64,000 bases of DNA, from the NCBI GenBank assembly GCA_963822965.1, contig CAWGJT010000015.1, positions 160,001-224,000 of the forward strand. The letters run 5' to 3'. A program made the translations under genes and the position numbers. Source of the stretch: an uncultured delta proteobacterium (GTDB lineage Bacteria > Myxococcota_A > UBA9160 > UBA4427). This document shows, piece by piece, positions 1 through 9,274 of the stretch. Every line of letters starts with the position of its first letter. Within the stretch, counting starts at the first letter, position 1. Below the pieces are notes generated by a model. That model did not search any database and was not told the DNA's origin. It saw nothing but the letters and a program-made list of their open reading frames with translations.

Positions 1-93
1 CTCTGCCTCGTCAACCCCTACAAGATCGCGCACGCCGACGTCATGCAGACCATCGAGCTGATGGGACGGCACGTCCTGCCCGAGTTCGCGTAG
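1..93 (+). CDS. 3' end of LLM-class flavin-dependent oxidoreductase (partial)
   Basis: Frame 1 reads [30 protein letters not shown], a typical luciferase-like C-terminus. Confidence 0.7.
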   Translation, partial: LCLVNPYKIAHADVMQTIELMGRHVLPEFA

Positions 94-131
94 CGGACCA
101 GTCCGCGGGATTCGCTGCGGGACGGAGACCC

Positions 132-1199
132 TCAGCGTCCGGATCGGGACAGCTCCGGCGCCGCGCGCCCCGCCACCAGCGGCAGGTCGAGATAGGTGCG
201 GATCCCCGGCTCGGCGCGCACCGCGTAGGGAATCGCGCTGACACAATGGTTCGCGGTGGCCACGATGCCCGGGTTGCGCACCAGCCCGGCCTCGATGGAC
301 TCGGGGTGCCAGCCGTGGATCGACACGCGGCCCGGCGGATCGCCCTGCACCTCCACCTCGAAGCGCTCGCCCTCGGGCCCGAAGCTCCAGGCCGGGTCCA
401 GGTGCTGCTCGCCCATGAACCAGTTGGTGCGCACGGTGACGACGGGCTCACCCCGCACCAGCCCCTCCCAGGTGAAGCGCTGGGCCGCGACCCGTCCGGG
501 TGCGATGGGGCCGATGGGCGAGTCGATGGGACGGGTGGCCACCGACACCTCGTGGGTGCGCCGCTTCTGCGCGTCGAGCGCGAAGCCCAGAGTGTCGGCC
601 ACCATGTCGATGGACTGCTCGAAGCCGGCGCCGAGCATCTGCAACATCGGGCTCTTCGCCGCCTCCTCCGGCGTCTTCCCGAAGAGCATGATCTCGCCCA
701 CCACGAAGGGCGCGCCGTAGGTCCGGATGTCCGAGAACTCCTCGGCGCGCACGTGGGTGACGGCGCGCGAGAAGGCCGAGAGCACCAGCGGAATGCGCTC
801 GGTGACGCCGCCGGGATGGATCCCGGTGCCGTGCAGGCTGACGCCGCCCTTCCGGCAGGCCGCTTCGAGGTCGGCGACGTCGCGATTGCCCGGGTAGAAC
901 CAGTTCAGCGGCGTGACGACGTTCTTGCCCGCTTCGAGGATCCGCAGCACCACGTCCTTGTCGCCCATCACCGGCGAGTAGAGCACGCAGTCGGCCTCTC
1001 GGGCGAGGAGCGCGTCGGCATCCCGGGTGGCGGGCACGCCCAGGCGGCCGACACCGGCGATCTCGCCCGCGTCGCGCCCCTCCTTGTCGGCCCCGTGCAC
1101 CCACGCCCCCACGAGCTCGAGCTCGGGATGGGACACGATCGCCTGGATGGCCGCCCGCCCGACGCCGCCGGTCGCCCACTGGATCACCTTCATCTTCAC
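132..1199 (-). CDS. Dihydrodipicolinate reductase-like / NAD(P)H-dependent amine dehydrogenase family protein
   Basis: VIQWATGGVG Rossmann motif; GKNVVT and HGTGIHPG motifs. Confidence 0.8.
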   Translation of the reverse strand: MKMKVIQWATGGVGRAAIQAIVSHPELELVGAWVHGADKEGRDAGEIAGVGRLGVPATRDADALLAREADCVLYSPVMGDKDVVLRILEAGKNVVTPLNWFYPGNRDVADLEAACRKGGVSLHGTGIHPGGVTERIPLVLSAFSRAVTHVRAEEFSDIRTYGAPFVVGEIMLFGKTPEEAAKSPMLQMLGAGFEQSIDMVADTLGFALDAQKRRTHEVSVATRPIDSPIGPIAPGRVAAQRFTWEGLVRGEPVVTVRTNWFMGEQHLDPAWSFGPEGERFEVEVQGDPPGRVSIHGWHPESIEAGLVRNPGIVATANHCVSAIPYAVRAEPGIRTYLDLPLVAGRAAPELSRSGR

Positions 1200-1262
1200 G
1201 TCTCGTCCCCTTCCCCGCTTCGAGGCCGCCGCAGAACGCCGATCCGCCTTATGCTAGCGGCC

Positions 1263-2084
1263 ATGCAGAAGATCGAAGGACGCGTGGCGGTGGTGACGGG
1301 GGCGGGCAGTGGCATCGGTCGCGCCACCGCGAAACGGCTGGGAGAGCGCGGCTGCCAGGTCGCGCTGGTCGACGTGGACGCGGACGCCCTGGCGGCGGCG
1401 GCCGACGAGCTCCGGGCTGCCGGACGGACCGTCTCGACCCATCGGGTGGACGTGGCGGACCGCCAGGCCATGTCGCGCCTGCCCGACGCCGTGGTGGCCG
1501 AGCACGGCCACGTGCACGTCGTCGTCAACAATGCGGGGGTGGCCCTGGGACAGACCCTCGAGGAGCTCTCCTGGGAGGACGTCGACTGGCTGGTGGGCGT
1601 CAACTTCTGGGGTGTCGTCCACGGCTGCAAGCTCTTCCTGCCCTACCTGCTGCGCGAGGAAGAGGGCCACATCGTGAACCTCTCCAGCATGTTCGGCTTC
1701 GCCGGGCTGCCCACGCAGGGCCCCTACTGCGCGACGAAGGCCGCCGTTCGCTCGCTCACGGAGACGCTGCACGGCGAGCTCAAGGGAACGCGCGTGGGGG
1801 TCACCAGCGTCCACCCGGGCGGCATCCGCACCAACATCGTGAAGAACGCGCGCTTCCACGACGAGAACCGGCGGGACAGCGCGGCGGACCTGTTCGCGCG
1901 CCGGGGCACGCCCCCCGAGGTCGTCGCCGATCGCATCCTGCGCGCCATCCTGCGCGACAAGCTACGCGTCGTGGTGTGTCCCGAGGCGCACGTCCTCGAC
2001 TGGATGAAGCGCGTGCTTCCGGTCGGCACCCAGCGTCTCGTTCGCCGTTTCTGGTCGGGCTACGATTCCACGCCGGGAGAGTGA
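1263..2084 (+). CDS. SDR family oxidoreductase
   Basis: TGAGSGIG, NNAG, YCATK; start at MQKIEG within the longer ORF. Confidence 0.9.
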   Translation: MQKIEGRVAVVTGAGSGIGRATAKRLGERGCQVALVDVDADALAAAADELRAAGRTVSTHRVDVADRQAMSRLPDAVVAEHGHVHVVVNNAGVALGQTLEELSWEDVDWLVGVNFWGVVHGCKLFLPYLLREEEGHIVNLSSMFGFAGLPTQGPYCATKAAVRSLTETLHGELKGTRVGVTSVHPGGIRTNIVKNARFHDENRRDSAADLFARRGTPPEVVADRILRAILRDKLRVVVCPEAHVLDWMKRVLPVGTQRLVRRFWSGYDSTPGE

Positions 2085-2089
2085 ACGGG

Positions 2090-2923
2090 ATGCCCGACGC
2101 TTCGGAGCCCGGCTCGTTCGCGCGCGCATTCGCCCTCGCGCCCGAGGGCGACGGAGTCTTCCGCTGCCAGCTCGACGGCTTCGGCGGCACCACCCTGGGC
2201 TGCGCAGCCCTGGCGGCCGGCCAGGACGTGTCGGACCTCTACCTGCACTCCCTGCACGCCTGCTTCGTGCGGCCGGTCGAGAGCGAGGGCGCCAGCCGGC
2301 TGCGGGTCGAGACCGTCTCCCAGGGGCGCCGCTTCGCGCGGCGTCGGGTGTCGATCGGAGCGGGGGGCCGCATCCACTTCGAGCTCATGGCGAGCTTCGC
2401 GGCGCGCCTCGACGGGCCGGAGCTCGGCGCGGACGAGCCCCTGCCGGCGGTCCCCGAGCCCGAGAGCCTGCCCAGCGAGCGCGAGGTGGCACGGACCGAA
2501 GGCTGGGACTGGCACGAAGACCTGGATCATCCCATCGAGCTGCGCTGGTGCGGCAGGCCCTGGGACGTCCCGGGCGGCGGCACCGCCTCGCGCTACTCGG
2601 CCTGGGTCCGGCCGTGCGTGCTTCCCGCCGAAGGCGCCGAACGAGCCGCGGGGATCGCCTTCCTGGCCGACTTCCACTCCCACTGGCCGGTGGCCCGCAA
2701 GCTCGGCGGTCCCTTCGAGCCCCAGGGCTTCACGAGCCTGGATCAATCCGTGTGGATTCACCGCGACGCGCCCTGGGACGACTGGTGGCTCCTGACGAGC
2801 TGGACTGCGGGCGCGCACGGCGGGCGCTCCCTGGGCCACCGCACCGTGCACGATCGCAAGGGTCGGCTCGTCGCGTCGATGGCCCAGGAGGCGCTGATTC
2901 CCGGCGCGCGCCCCCGCAGCTGA
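2090..2923 (+). CDS. Acyl-CoA thioesterase II (TesB-like double hotdog)
   Basis: LHSLHACFVRP, GRRFARRRV, SLDQSVWIH, GRLVASMAQEAL. Confidence 0.8.
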   Translation: MPDASEPGSFARAFALAPEGDGVFRCQLDGFGGTTLGCAALAAGQDVSDLYLHSLHACFVRPVESEGASRLRVETVSQGRRFARRRVSIGAGGRIHFELMASFAARLDGPELGADEPLPAVPEPESLPSEREVARTEGWDWHEDLDHPIELRWCGRPWDVPGGGTASRYSAWVRPCVLPAEGAERAAGIAFLADFHSHWPVARKLGGPFEPQGFTSLDQSVWIHRDAPWDDWWLLTSWTAGAHGGRSLGHRTVHDRKGRLVASMAQEALIPGARPRS

Positions 2924-3103
2924 TCGGGCGCGGCGGAATCGCGTTCAGAACCGCCGGACGCCCTCGCGGCGAGGCGCGGCGCGAGCCGATAAGATGGGCC
3001 CGTTTCCCTGCCTTCTCGAAGCCGACCCGCGACGCTTCACGCGTCGGGCGCACGGACTTCGAAGGCTCGAGCGAGGGCCGATGACCCGACGCAATCTCCA
3101 CGC

Positions 3104-3298
3104 CGGCAGGACGTGCACGACGCCTACGACCAGCGCGTGCAGGCGGCGCTCGCAGGCATGGTCTGGTTCCACCCGTCGATCCAGAGCAGCTGGTACCGCA
3201 ACCGCGCGGGACGGGTGACCGTCCTCTCCCCATGGCGACTCGTCGACTACTGGCAGTGGACGCAGGCGCCCGACCCGCAGGACTTCCATCTCTCCTGA
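3104..3298 (+). pseudogene. Orphan C-terminal fragment of a Baeyer-Villiger/flavin monooxygenase
   Basis: RQDVHDAYDQRVQAALAGMVWFHPSIQSSWYRNRAGRVTVLSPWRLVDYW resembles a HAPMO-type C-terminus; no upstream domains. Confidence 0.7.
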
Positions 3299-3336
3299 GC
3301 CCGGAGCTCCGATCCGGCTGTCCGAGGAAGCGCTCC

Positions 3337-4383
3337 ATGCCCCCCGTCGAAACCCGGCTCGGCTTCTACACCCTGGCCGGTCAGCCCGAGAGCCCGCGCG
3401 ACCTGATCGAAGAGGTGCAGCAGGCCGAGGCTCTGGGTCTCGGCACGGCCTTCGTCTCCGAGCGCTACAACTCCAAGGAAGCCGCCACCCTGTGCGGCGC
3501 GGCGGGCGCCGTCAGCGAGCGCATCCGCATCGCCACCGCCGCGACGAACCACAACACGCGGCACGTGATGGTGACGGCCGGCTTCGCGCTCACCATGCAC
3601 GGGCTCACCGGCGGCCGCTTCGTGCTGGGCCTCGGGCGCGGCATCGAGGCCATGCAGCGCGCCTACGGCATCCCCCTCATCACCACCGCCCAGATGGAGG
3701 ACTTCGTGGGCCTGACGCGGCGCCTCTTGCGGGGCGAGGCGGTGATCGGCCACGACGGCCCCTGCGGCGCATACCCCTACCTGCAGCTCGGCCCGAACGT
3801 GGCCGACGAGGTGCCGATGCTGCTCGTGGCCTTCGGCCCGAACTCCCTGGCCCTGGGCGGCCGCTGCTTCGACGAGGTGGTGCTGCACACGTTCTTCACC
3901 GAGGAGACCACCGCCCGGGCCGTGCGCACCGTCAAGCAGGCCGCCGAGGCGGCCGGACGCGATCCCGCCGACGTCAAGGTGTGGTCGTGCTTCGCGACGA
4001 TCGGCGACCACATCCCCCCGGAGCGACGCCTCAAGAAGTCGGTCGGCCGCATGGCCACGTACCTGCAGGGCTACGGCGACCTGCTGGTGCGCACCAACGG
4101 CTGGGATCCGGCGGTGCTCGAGCGCTTCCGGGCCGACGAGATGGTGAGCCGCTTCCGCGGTGGCATCGACGTGCACGCCACCACCGCCGAGCTCGAGCAC
4201 CTGGCGACCCTGATCCCCGACGAGTGGCTCGCCCCCGCGGCGAAGGGCTCCCCCGAGAAGTGCGTCCGCGCCATCCGGGGCCAGCTCGACCTGGGCTGCG
4301 ACGGCGTGATCCTGCACGGCGCCACGCCGAAGGAGCTCGAGCCCATCCTCGCCGCCTGGCGCGGGCGCAAGGACGCGGCGTGA
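3337..4383 (+). CDS. LLM-class F420-dependent oxidoreductase (TIGR03857-like)
   Basis: LGFYTLAG, SERYNSKEA, ATAATNHNTRH, FVLGLGRG, VILHGATP. Confidence 0.8.
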   Translation: MPPVETRLGFYTLAGQPESPRDLIEEVQQAEALGLGTAFVSERYNSKEAATLCGAAGAVSERIRIATAATNHNTRHVMVTAGFALTMHGLTGGRFVLGLGRGIEAMQRAYGIPLITTAQMEDFVGLTRRLLRGEAVIGHDGPCGAYPYLQLGPNVADEVPMLLVAFGPNSLALGGRCFDEVVLHTFFTEETTARAVRTVKQAAEAAGRDPADVKVWSCFATIGDHIPPERRLKKSVGRMATYLQGYGDLLVRTNGWDPAVLERFRADEMVSRFRGGIDVHATTAELEHLATLIPDEWLAPAAKGSPEKCVRAIRGQLDLGCDGVILHGATPKELEPILAAWRGRKDAA

Positions 4384-5450
4384 CGGCCGCGGCGATTCCC
4401 GGGAGCCCCGAGGACATCTCACCCGCCGTCGTGAGCCGGGCCCTCGCCGCGCGCTTCCCCGGCGCCGAGGCGACCGCGGTCGAGGTGATCGACGCGCACA
4501 GCGGTACCACTGGTCGCGCACGGCTGCGTGTGCGCTGGAAGCAGGACGTCGGCGCCCCCGGAGCGATCTTCGCGAAGCTCGCGCCGACCGACCCGATCCA
4601 GCGCGAGATGGTGATCTCGACGGGCATGGGCCGGCGCGAGGCCTGCTTCTACGCCCGGCTGGCGTCCGAGATGCCCGTGCGCGTGGCCGCCCCCTACCAC
4701 GCCGCCTGGAACGACGACGGCACCGCCTACCTGATGCTGATCGAAGACCTGGCCGCGAGCGGGTGTACCTTCCCCACCTGGAAGGACGAGGGAATGCTCG
4801 ATCACGCACGCGCGACGATGGACACCCTCGCGCGGCTCCACGCCGGCTTCTGGGAGAGCCCGCGCTTCGAGACCGATCTCTCGTGGATCGAGCCGCCCAT
4901 GCGGCACGCCGTGGGACCGCTGCTCGTGCGCTCGGCGGTGGAGCAGTTCGGCGCCGACATGCCCGCCCCGTTCCACGACCTCGCGACCCTCTACCTCGAC
5001 CACACCGAGGCGCTGAACGACCGGCTCGACCGCGGGCCGCAGACGCTGATCCACGGTGACTCGCACCTGGGCAACCTCTTCCGCGATGGCCCGCGGATGG
5101 GCATGCTCGACTGGGCATGCACCGCGCGGGCGCCGGGCCTGCGGGACGTGGCCTACTTCCTGTGCAACTCGATCCCCAGCGAGCTGCGACGGGCCGAGGA
5201 GACGGACCTGCTGCGGCGCTATCTCGAAGGTCTCGCCGCCGGGGGCGCTCCCGCGGCGGACTTCGACCTGGCGTTCCGCCAGTACCGCCGCTTCGCCGTC
5301 TGCTCGTGGATCGCGGCCACGGCGACCGCCGCCGCCGGCAGCCGCATGCAGGCGCTCGAGATCGGCATGCGCAGCATGCAGCGCTCCACCGAGGCCATCG
5401 TCGACCTCGACACCCCGGCGCTGCTGCGCGAAGAGCTCGGCCTCTCGTGA
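4380..5450 (+). CDS. Phosphotransferase (APH/ecdysteroid-kinase-like family)
   Basis: GTGA overlap with upstream stop; LIEDL, HGDSHLGN, LDW kinase motifs. Confidence 0.85.
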   Translation: MTAAAIPGSPEDISPAVVSRALAARFPGAEATAVEVIDAHSGTTGRARLRVRWKQDVGAPGAIFAKLAPTDPIQREMVISTGMGRREACFYARLASEMPVRVAAPYHAAWNDDGTAYLMLIEDLAASGCTFPTWKDEGMLDHARATMDTLARLHAGFWESPRFETDLSWIEPPMRHAVGPLLVRSAVEQFGADMPAPFHDLATLYLDHTEALNDRLDRGPQTLIHGDSHLGNLFRDGPRMGMLDWACTARAPGLRDVAYFLCNSIPSELRRAEETDLLRRYLEGLAAGGAPAADFDLAFRQYRRFAVCSWIAATATAAAGSRMQALEIGMRSMQRSTEAIVDLDTPALLREELGLS

Positions 5451-5479
5451 GCGAAGCGGGAGAGCCTGCGGGAGGAGCC

Positions 5480-6622
5480 ATGGGGGACGCGACGGACGAC
5501 GCCCGGCGGGCCGGGGAACGGGTGCAGGACGGGAGCGCGTGGCGCGACTTCTGTCGAGCGCTCGAGCGCGCGGGCGACGCGATCCTGCAGCCGGGCACCC
5601 CCGACGACGCCTTCCACCGCGCCGAGGGCCTGCGCTACCTGACCCGCCTGCTGCGCGCGGGGCTCGACAGCCACGTGGAGTCCGCCGACCCGCGCTACCC
5701 GCGCTTCTACCAGCTGGCGAACGAGACCATCAAGATCGGAAACGACAACCCGGACAACGTCTACCACAACGCCAACGTCGACGGCGCCCTCGCCTACCGC
5801 ATCCGGGGCCGGCGCGGCACGGTCCCGTACCTGAGCTTCATCACCTACGGCGGCGGCTACGAGGCCGACGGAACCATGATTCCCACCGGTCAGCTCGACG
5901 GCGAGGACCTGGCCTGTGACGCCGACGGCCGCTTCGAGATCCGCGTGAGCCGCGAGCGCGCGCCCGGGAACTGGCTGCCCATGCAGCCCCACACCCGCAC
6001 CATGGTGGTGCGGCAGACCTTTCGCGACCGGGACGCGGAAGAGCCCGCCCGCTACACCATCGAGTGCCTCGACCCGGATGCGTCCGACACCCTCCGCGTC
6101 GATGCCATCGAGCCCGCCCTGCGGAAGGCGGTCGCCTTCGTCGAGGGCACGGCAAACCTCTTCGTCGACTGGATGCGGCGCTTCGAGCCCCACACCAACG
6201 CGCTCCCGCCCAACGACCAGCAGATGTGCCAGCGGGCCGGCGGCGACGCGAACATCCACTACCACAACAGCCGCTGGCGACTCGCGCCGGACGAGGCGCT
6301 GCTCGTGGAGGTGAGGCCGCCCGAGTGCGCCACCTGGAACCTGCAGATCGGAAACTTCTGGATGGAGTCCCTGGACTACCGTCACCACCGCATCCACGTC
6401 AACAAGTTCACCGCAAGCTACGAGGAGGACGGCTCCGTGCGCATCGTGCTCGCCCACCGCGATCCGGGCCCGGCCTGGCCCAACTGGCTCGAGACCTGCG
6501 ATCACGACCAGGGCGCCATGCTCTTCCGCTACGTGGGCGCTCGCGAGCATCCGCCCATCGCCACCCGCGTGGTCCCCTTCGGCGAGCTGGAGTCGCTTTC
6601 GAGCGCAGGAGGCGCGCGATGA
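5480..6622 (+). CDS. DUF1214 domain-containing protein
   Basis: GGAGGAG RBS; AEGLRYLTRL, GNDNPDNVY, NFWMESLDY, NWLETCDH. Confidence 0.8.
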   Translation: MGDATDDARRAGERVQDGSAWRDFCRALERAGDAILQPGTPDDAFHRAEGLRYLTRLLRAGLDSHVESADPRYPRFYQLANETIKIGNDNPDNVYHNANVDGALAYRIRGRRGTVPYLSFITYGGGYEADGTMIPTGQLDGEDLACDADGRFEIRVSRERAPGNWLPMQPHTRTMVVRQTFRDRDAEEPARYTIECLDPDASDTLRVDAIEPALRKAVAFVEGTANLFVDWMRRFEPHTNALPPNDQQMCQRAGGDANIHYHNSRWRLAPDEALLVEVRPPECATWNLQIGNFWMESLDYRHHRIHVNKFTASYEEDGSVRIVLAHRDPGPAWPNWLETCDHDQGAMLFRYVGAREHPPIATRVVPFGELESLSSAGGAR

Positions 6623-7440
6623 GCCGGCTTCGCGGGAAGATCGCGGTGGTGACCGGCGCGAGCCGGGGCATCGGCAAGGGCATCGCGCGGGCCCTGGGCG
6701 AGCACGGCTGCACGGTCTACGTGACGGGCCGCACCTCGGGCTCCGGAGAACGCACCGTCGAGGAGACGGCACGACTGGTGAACGAGGCGGGCGGCGCGGG
6801 ACGCCCCGTGCGCTGCGACCACGGCGACGACGACCAGATCGCCGCGCTCTTCGCGCGCGTGACCGCAGAGGCCGGCCACCTCGACCTGCTCGTCAACAAC
6901 GTCTACAAGATCCCCGATCCGCCCGCCTGGGGCGGCGGCTTCTGGGATCACCCGATCCAGATCTGGGACGACCAGGTGGGCATCGGGCTGCGCGCCCACT
7001 ACGTGGCGAGCTGGCACGCGGCGCCACTCCTCTTCGCCGCCGCACCGGGCGCGGCCATCCTCAACGTCTCGTCGCCCGGCGGCGAGAGCTACCACTTCTC
7101 GAGCTCCTACGGCGCGGGCAAGGCCGGCCTCGATCGTCTCACCGCGGACATGGCCATCGAGCTGCGACCGAAGGGCGTGGCGGCGGTGGTCCTCTGTCCC
7201 GGGCTCGTCGCGACCGAGTTCATCACCGACACCGCGGCCCGGACGGGCATGGATCTGTCGACCGCCCAGACGCCCCTCTTCGTGGGCCGCGCGGCCGCCG
7301 CGCTGCTCGCGGCCGACGACCTGATGGATCGCTCGGGCACGATCCAGTGGGTGGAGGACCTGGCCGCCGAGTTCGACGTCACCGACGAGAACGGAGCCCG
7401 CCCGCCGGGCTACCCGCGCCGCCTGCGGCCACCGGCCTGA
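6619..7440 (+). CDS. SDR family oxidoreductase (DHRS1-like)
   Basis: ATGA overlap; TGASRGIGKG, VYVTGRT, YGAGK. Confidence 0.9.
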   Translation: MSRLRGKIAVVTGASRGIGKGIARALGEHGCTVYVTGRTSGSGERTVEETARLVNEAGGAGRPVRCDHGDDDQIAALFARVTAEAGHLDLLVNNVYKIPDPPAWGGGFWDHPIQIWDDQVGIGLRAHYVASWHAAPLLFAAAPGAAILNVSSPGGESYHFSSSYGAGKAGLDRLTADMAIELRPKGVAAVVLCPGLVATEFITDTAARTGMDLSTAQTPLFVGRAAAALLAADDLMDRSGTIQWVEDLAAEFDVTDENGARPPGYPRRLRPPA

Positions 7441-7454
7441 GCGCGAGGGACGCG

Positions 7455-7910
7455 ATGACCCCCGAAGACCTGGTCGAGATCGAGCGCATCCGCCAGCTGA
7501 AGGCGCGCTACTTCCACCTGATGGACCAGAAGCGCTGGGACGAGTGGAGCCAGGTCTTCTGCGAGGACGTGCGCGTGGACACCACCCAGGAAGGCTCGCC
7601 CCTGGTGCAGGGACGCGAGGCGTTCCGCGCCTTCCTCGAGCCCATCCTGGCGGGCGTCAAGACCGTCCATCACGGGCACCTGTCGGAGATCGAGCTCACG
7701 GGGCCGCAGCACGCCCGGGGCACCTGGTCGATGGAGGACCACCTGTGGTGGCCCGCCGACCAGGGCGGACGACACCTGTGGGGGACGGGCTTCTACTTCG
7801 AGCGCTACCGCAAGGACCCCGACGGCGAGTGGCGCATCCTCGAGCTCGTCCTGCGGCGCATCCGCACCGAGGTGGACGGCGTGCAGCTCTTCCCGCCCGA
7901 AGGCGGCTGA
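7455..7910 (+). CDS. NTF2/SnoaL-like protein (BaiE/scytalone dehydratase-like)
   Basis: IERIRQLKARYFHLMDQKRW, TVHHGH, ARGTWSMED. Confidence 0.8.
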   Translation: MTPEDLVEIERIRQLKARYFHLMDQKRWDEWSQVFCEDVRVDTTQEGSPLVQGREAFRAFLEPILAGVKTVHHGHLSEIELTGPQHARGTWSMEDHLWWPADQGGRHLWGTGFYFERYRKDPDGEWRILELVLRRIRTEVDGVQLFPPEGG

Positions 7911-7958
7911 GGCGCTACCCTGGGCCGGCACGTTCGCTGCCACCCGGGGGGCCGATCC

Positions 7959-8756
7959 ATGGCCGACATCACGGTGCGTCCCGTCCGCTTCACCTTCGAC
8001 AGGCCCATCGACTTCGACGTGCCCGATCCCGAGCTGCGGATGATGCTCGGCTCCCTCGCCCTCTCGCTCACCATGCCGCACCTCGAGCCCTACCTCATCC
8101 GCACCATGAAGGTGGCCGGCAAGCACATCACCGACCCGGTGCTCGCCGAGGACGCGAGACGCTTCTCCCAGCAGGAGGGGCACCACTTCCGCAACCACGC
8201 GGACTTCAACGAACGCATCCGCGGGAGCTTCGACGGCGACACGGCGGCCTGCCTGCTCGGGATCGAGGCGGACCTCGAAGCGGACTACCAGCGCTTCACC
8301 CGGGAGAAGAGCCTTCGCTTCAACCTGGCCTACGCCGAGGGCTTCGAGGCGATGACCTGCGCGTTCGCGCTGGCCAGCGCCGAGTACGGAACCTTCGAAG
8401 GCACGTCGCTCCCAGGGGGTGAGATCTGGGCCTGGCACATGGCCGAGGAGATCGAGCACCGCACGGTGGCCTTCGGGGTCTTCGAGCATCTCGTGGGGAG
8501 CTACCCGTACCGGGTGGTCCTCGGCGCCTGGGCCCAGTGGCACTACCTGTCCTGCATCGGTCGCCTGGCCGGGCGCATGGCGACGGCGCTCGGCCGCAAG
8601 CCGCGGGCGGAACGCAACGCCATGCAGCGCGCCACCCTGCGCGGCTGGCTGCGGACGTTCAGCCCGTGGTACCACCCGGCGAAGATCCGGGTGCCCGCCG
8701 GGGTGGACGCGCTGCTCGCGCGCTACTCGACGCTGGCCGGATCGGCGGGCGCCTGA
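7959..8756 (+). CDS. Predicted metal-dependent hydrolase (ferritin-like fold)
   Basis: FSQQEGHHFRNH, EGFEAMT, WHMAEEIEHRTVAF. Confidence 0.8.
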   Translation: MADITVRPVRFTFDRPIDFDVPDPELRMMLGSLALSLTMPHLEPYLIRTMKVAGKHITDPVLAEDARRFSQQEGHHFRNHADFNERIRGSFDGDTAACLLGIEADLEADYQRFTREKSLRFNLAYAEGFEAMTCAFALASAEYGTFEGTSLPGGEIWAWHMAEEIEHRTVAFGVFEHLVGSYPYRVVLGAWAQWHYLSCIGRLAGRMATALGRKPRAERNAMQRATLRGWLRTFSPWYHPAKIRVPAGVDALLARYSTLAGSAGA

Positions 8757-8811
8757 AGCCACGAAGGCGAGCCGCGAACGCGAATCCCAGAAGCGAGACG
8801 GAGCCCCGGAG

Positions 8812-9246
8812 ATGAGCAACGAGCCCCACGTGATCGAGCGCTGGCACCGGATCGTGCGCGAGCGCGACTTCGGCGCCCTGGACGACCTGCTGGCGGAGGA
8901 CGCGGTCTTCCACTCCCCCGTCGTCCACACCCCCCAGCGGGGCAAGGCGCTCGTGAAGCTCTACCTGTCGGCTGCCTTCGGCGTCTTCGGCGGCGGGCCG
9001 AGCGCGGGCGCGGGCGGTGCCTCGCCCAGCAAGTTCCACTACGTGCGCGAGATCGTCGGCGACCGCGACGCCGCGCTGGAGTTCGTGACCGAGATGGATG
9101 GCATCGTCGTGAACGGCATCGACCTGATCCGTTGGAACGACGCCGGCCGCATCGTCGATTTCAAGGTGATGATCCGTCCCCTCAAGGCGATCAACAAGAT
9201 CCACCAGCTGATGGCTCGCATGCTCGAGCAGATGAAGCCGGCGTGA
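8812..9246 (+). CDS. NTF2/SnoaL-like family protein
   Basis: LLAEDAVFHSPVVHTPQRGK, NGIDLIRWN, FKVMIRPLKA. Confidence 0.85.
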   Translation: MSNEPHVIERWHRIVRERDFGALDDLLAEDAVFHSPVVHTPQRGKALVKLYLSAAFGVFGGGPSAGAGGASPSKFHYVREIVGDRDAALEFVTEMDGIVVNGIDLIRWNDAGRIVDFKVMIRPLKAINKIHQLMARMLEQMKPA

Positions 9247-9274
9247 GGGCCGGCACGACCAGGAGAGTCCTTTC

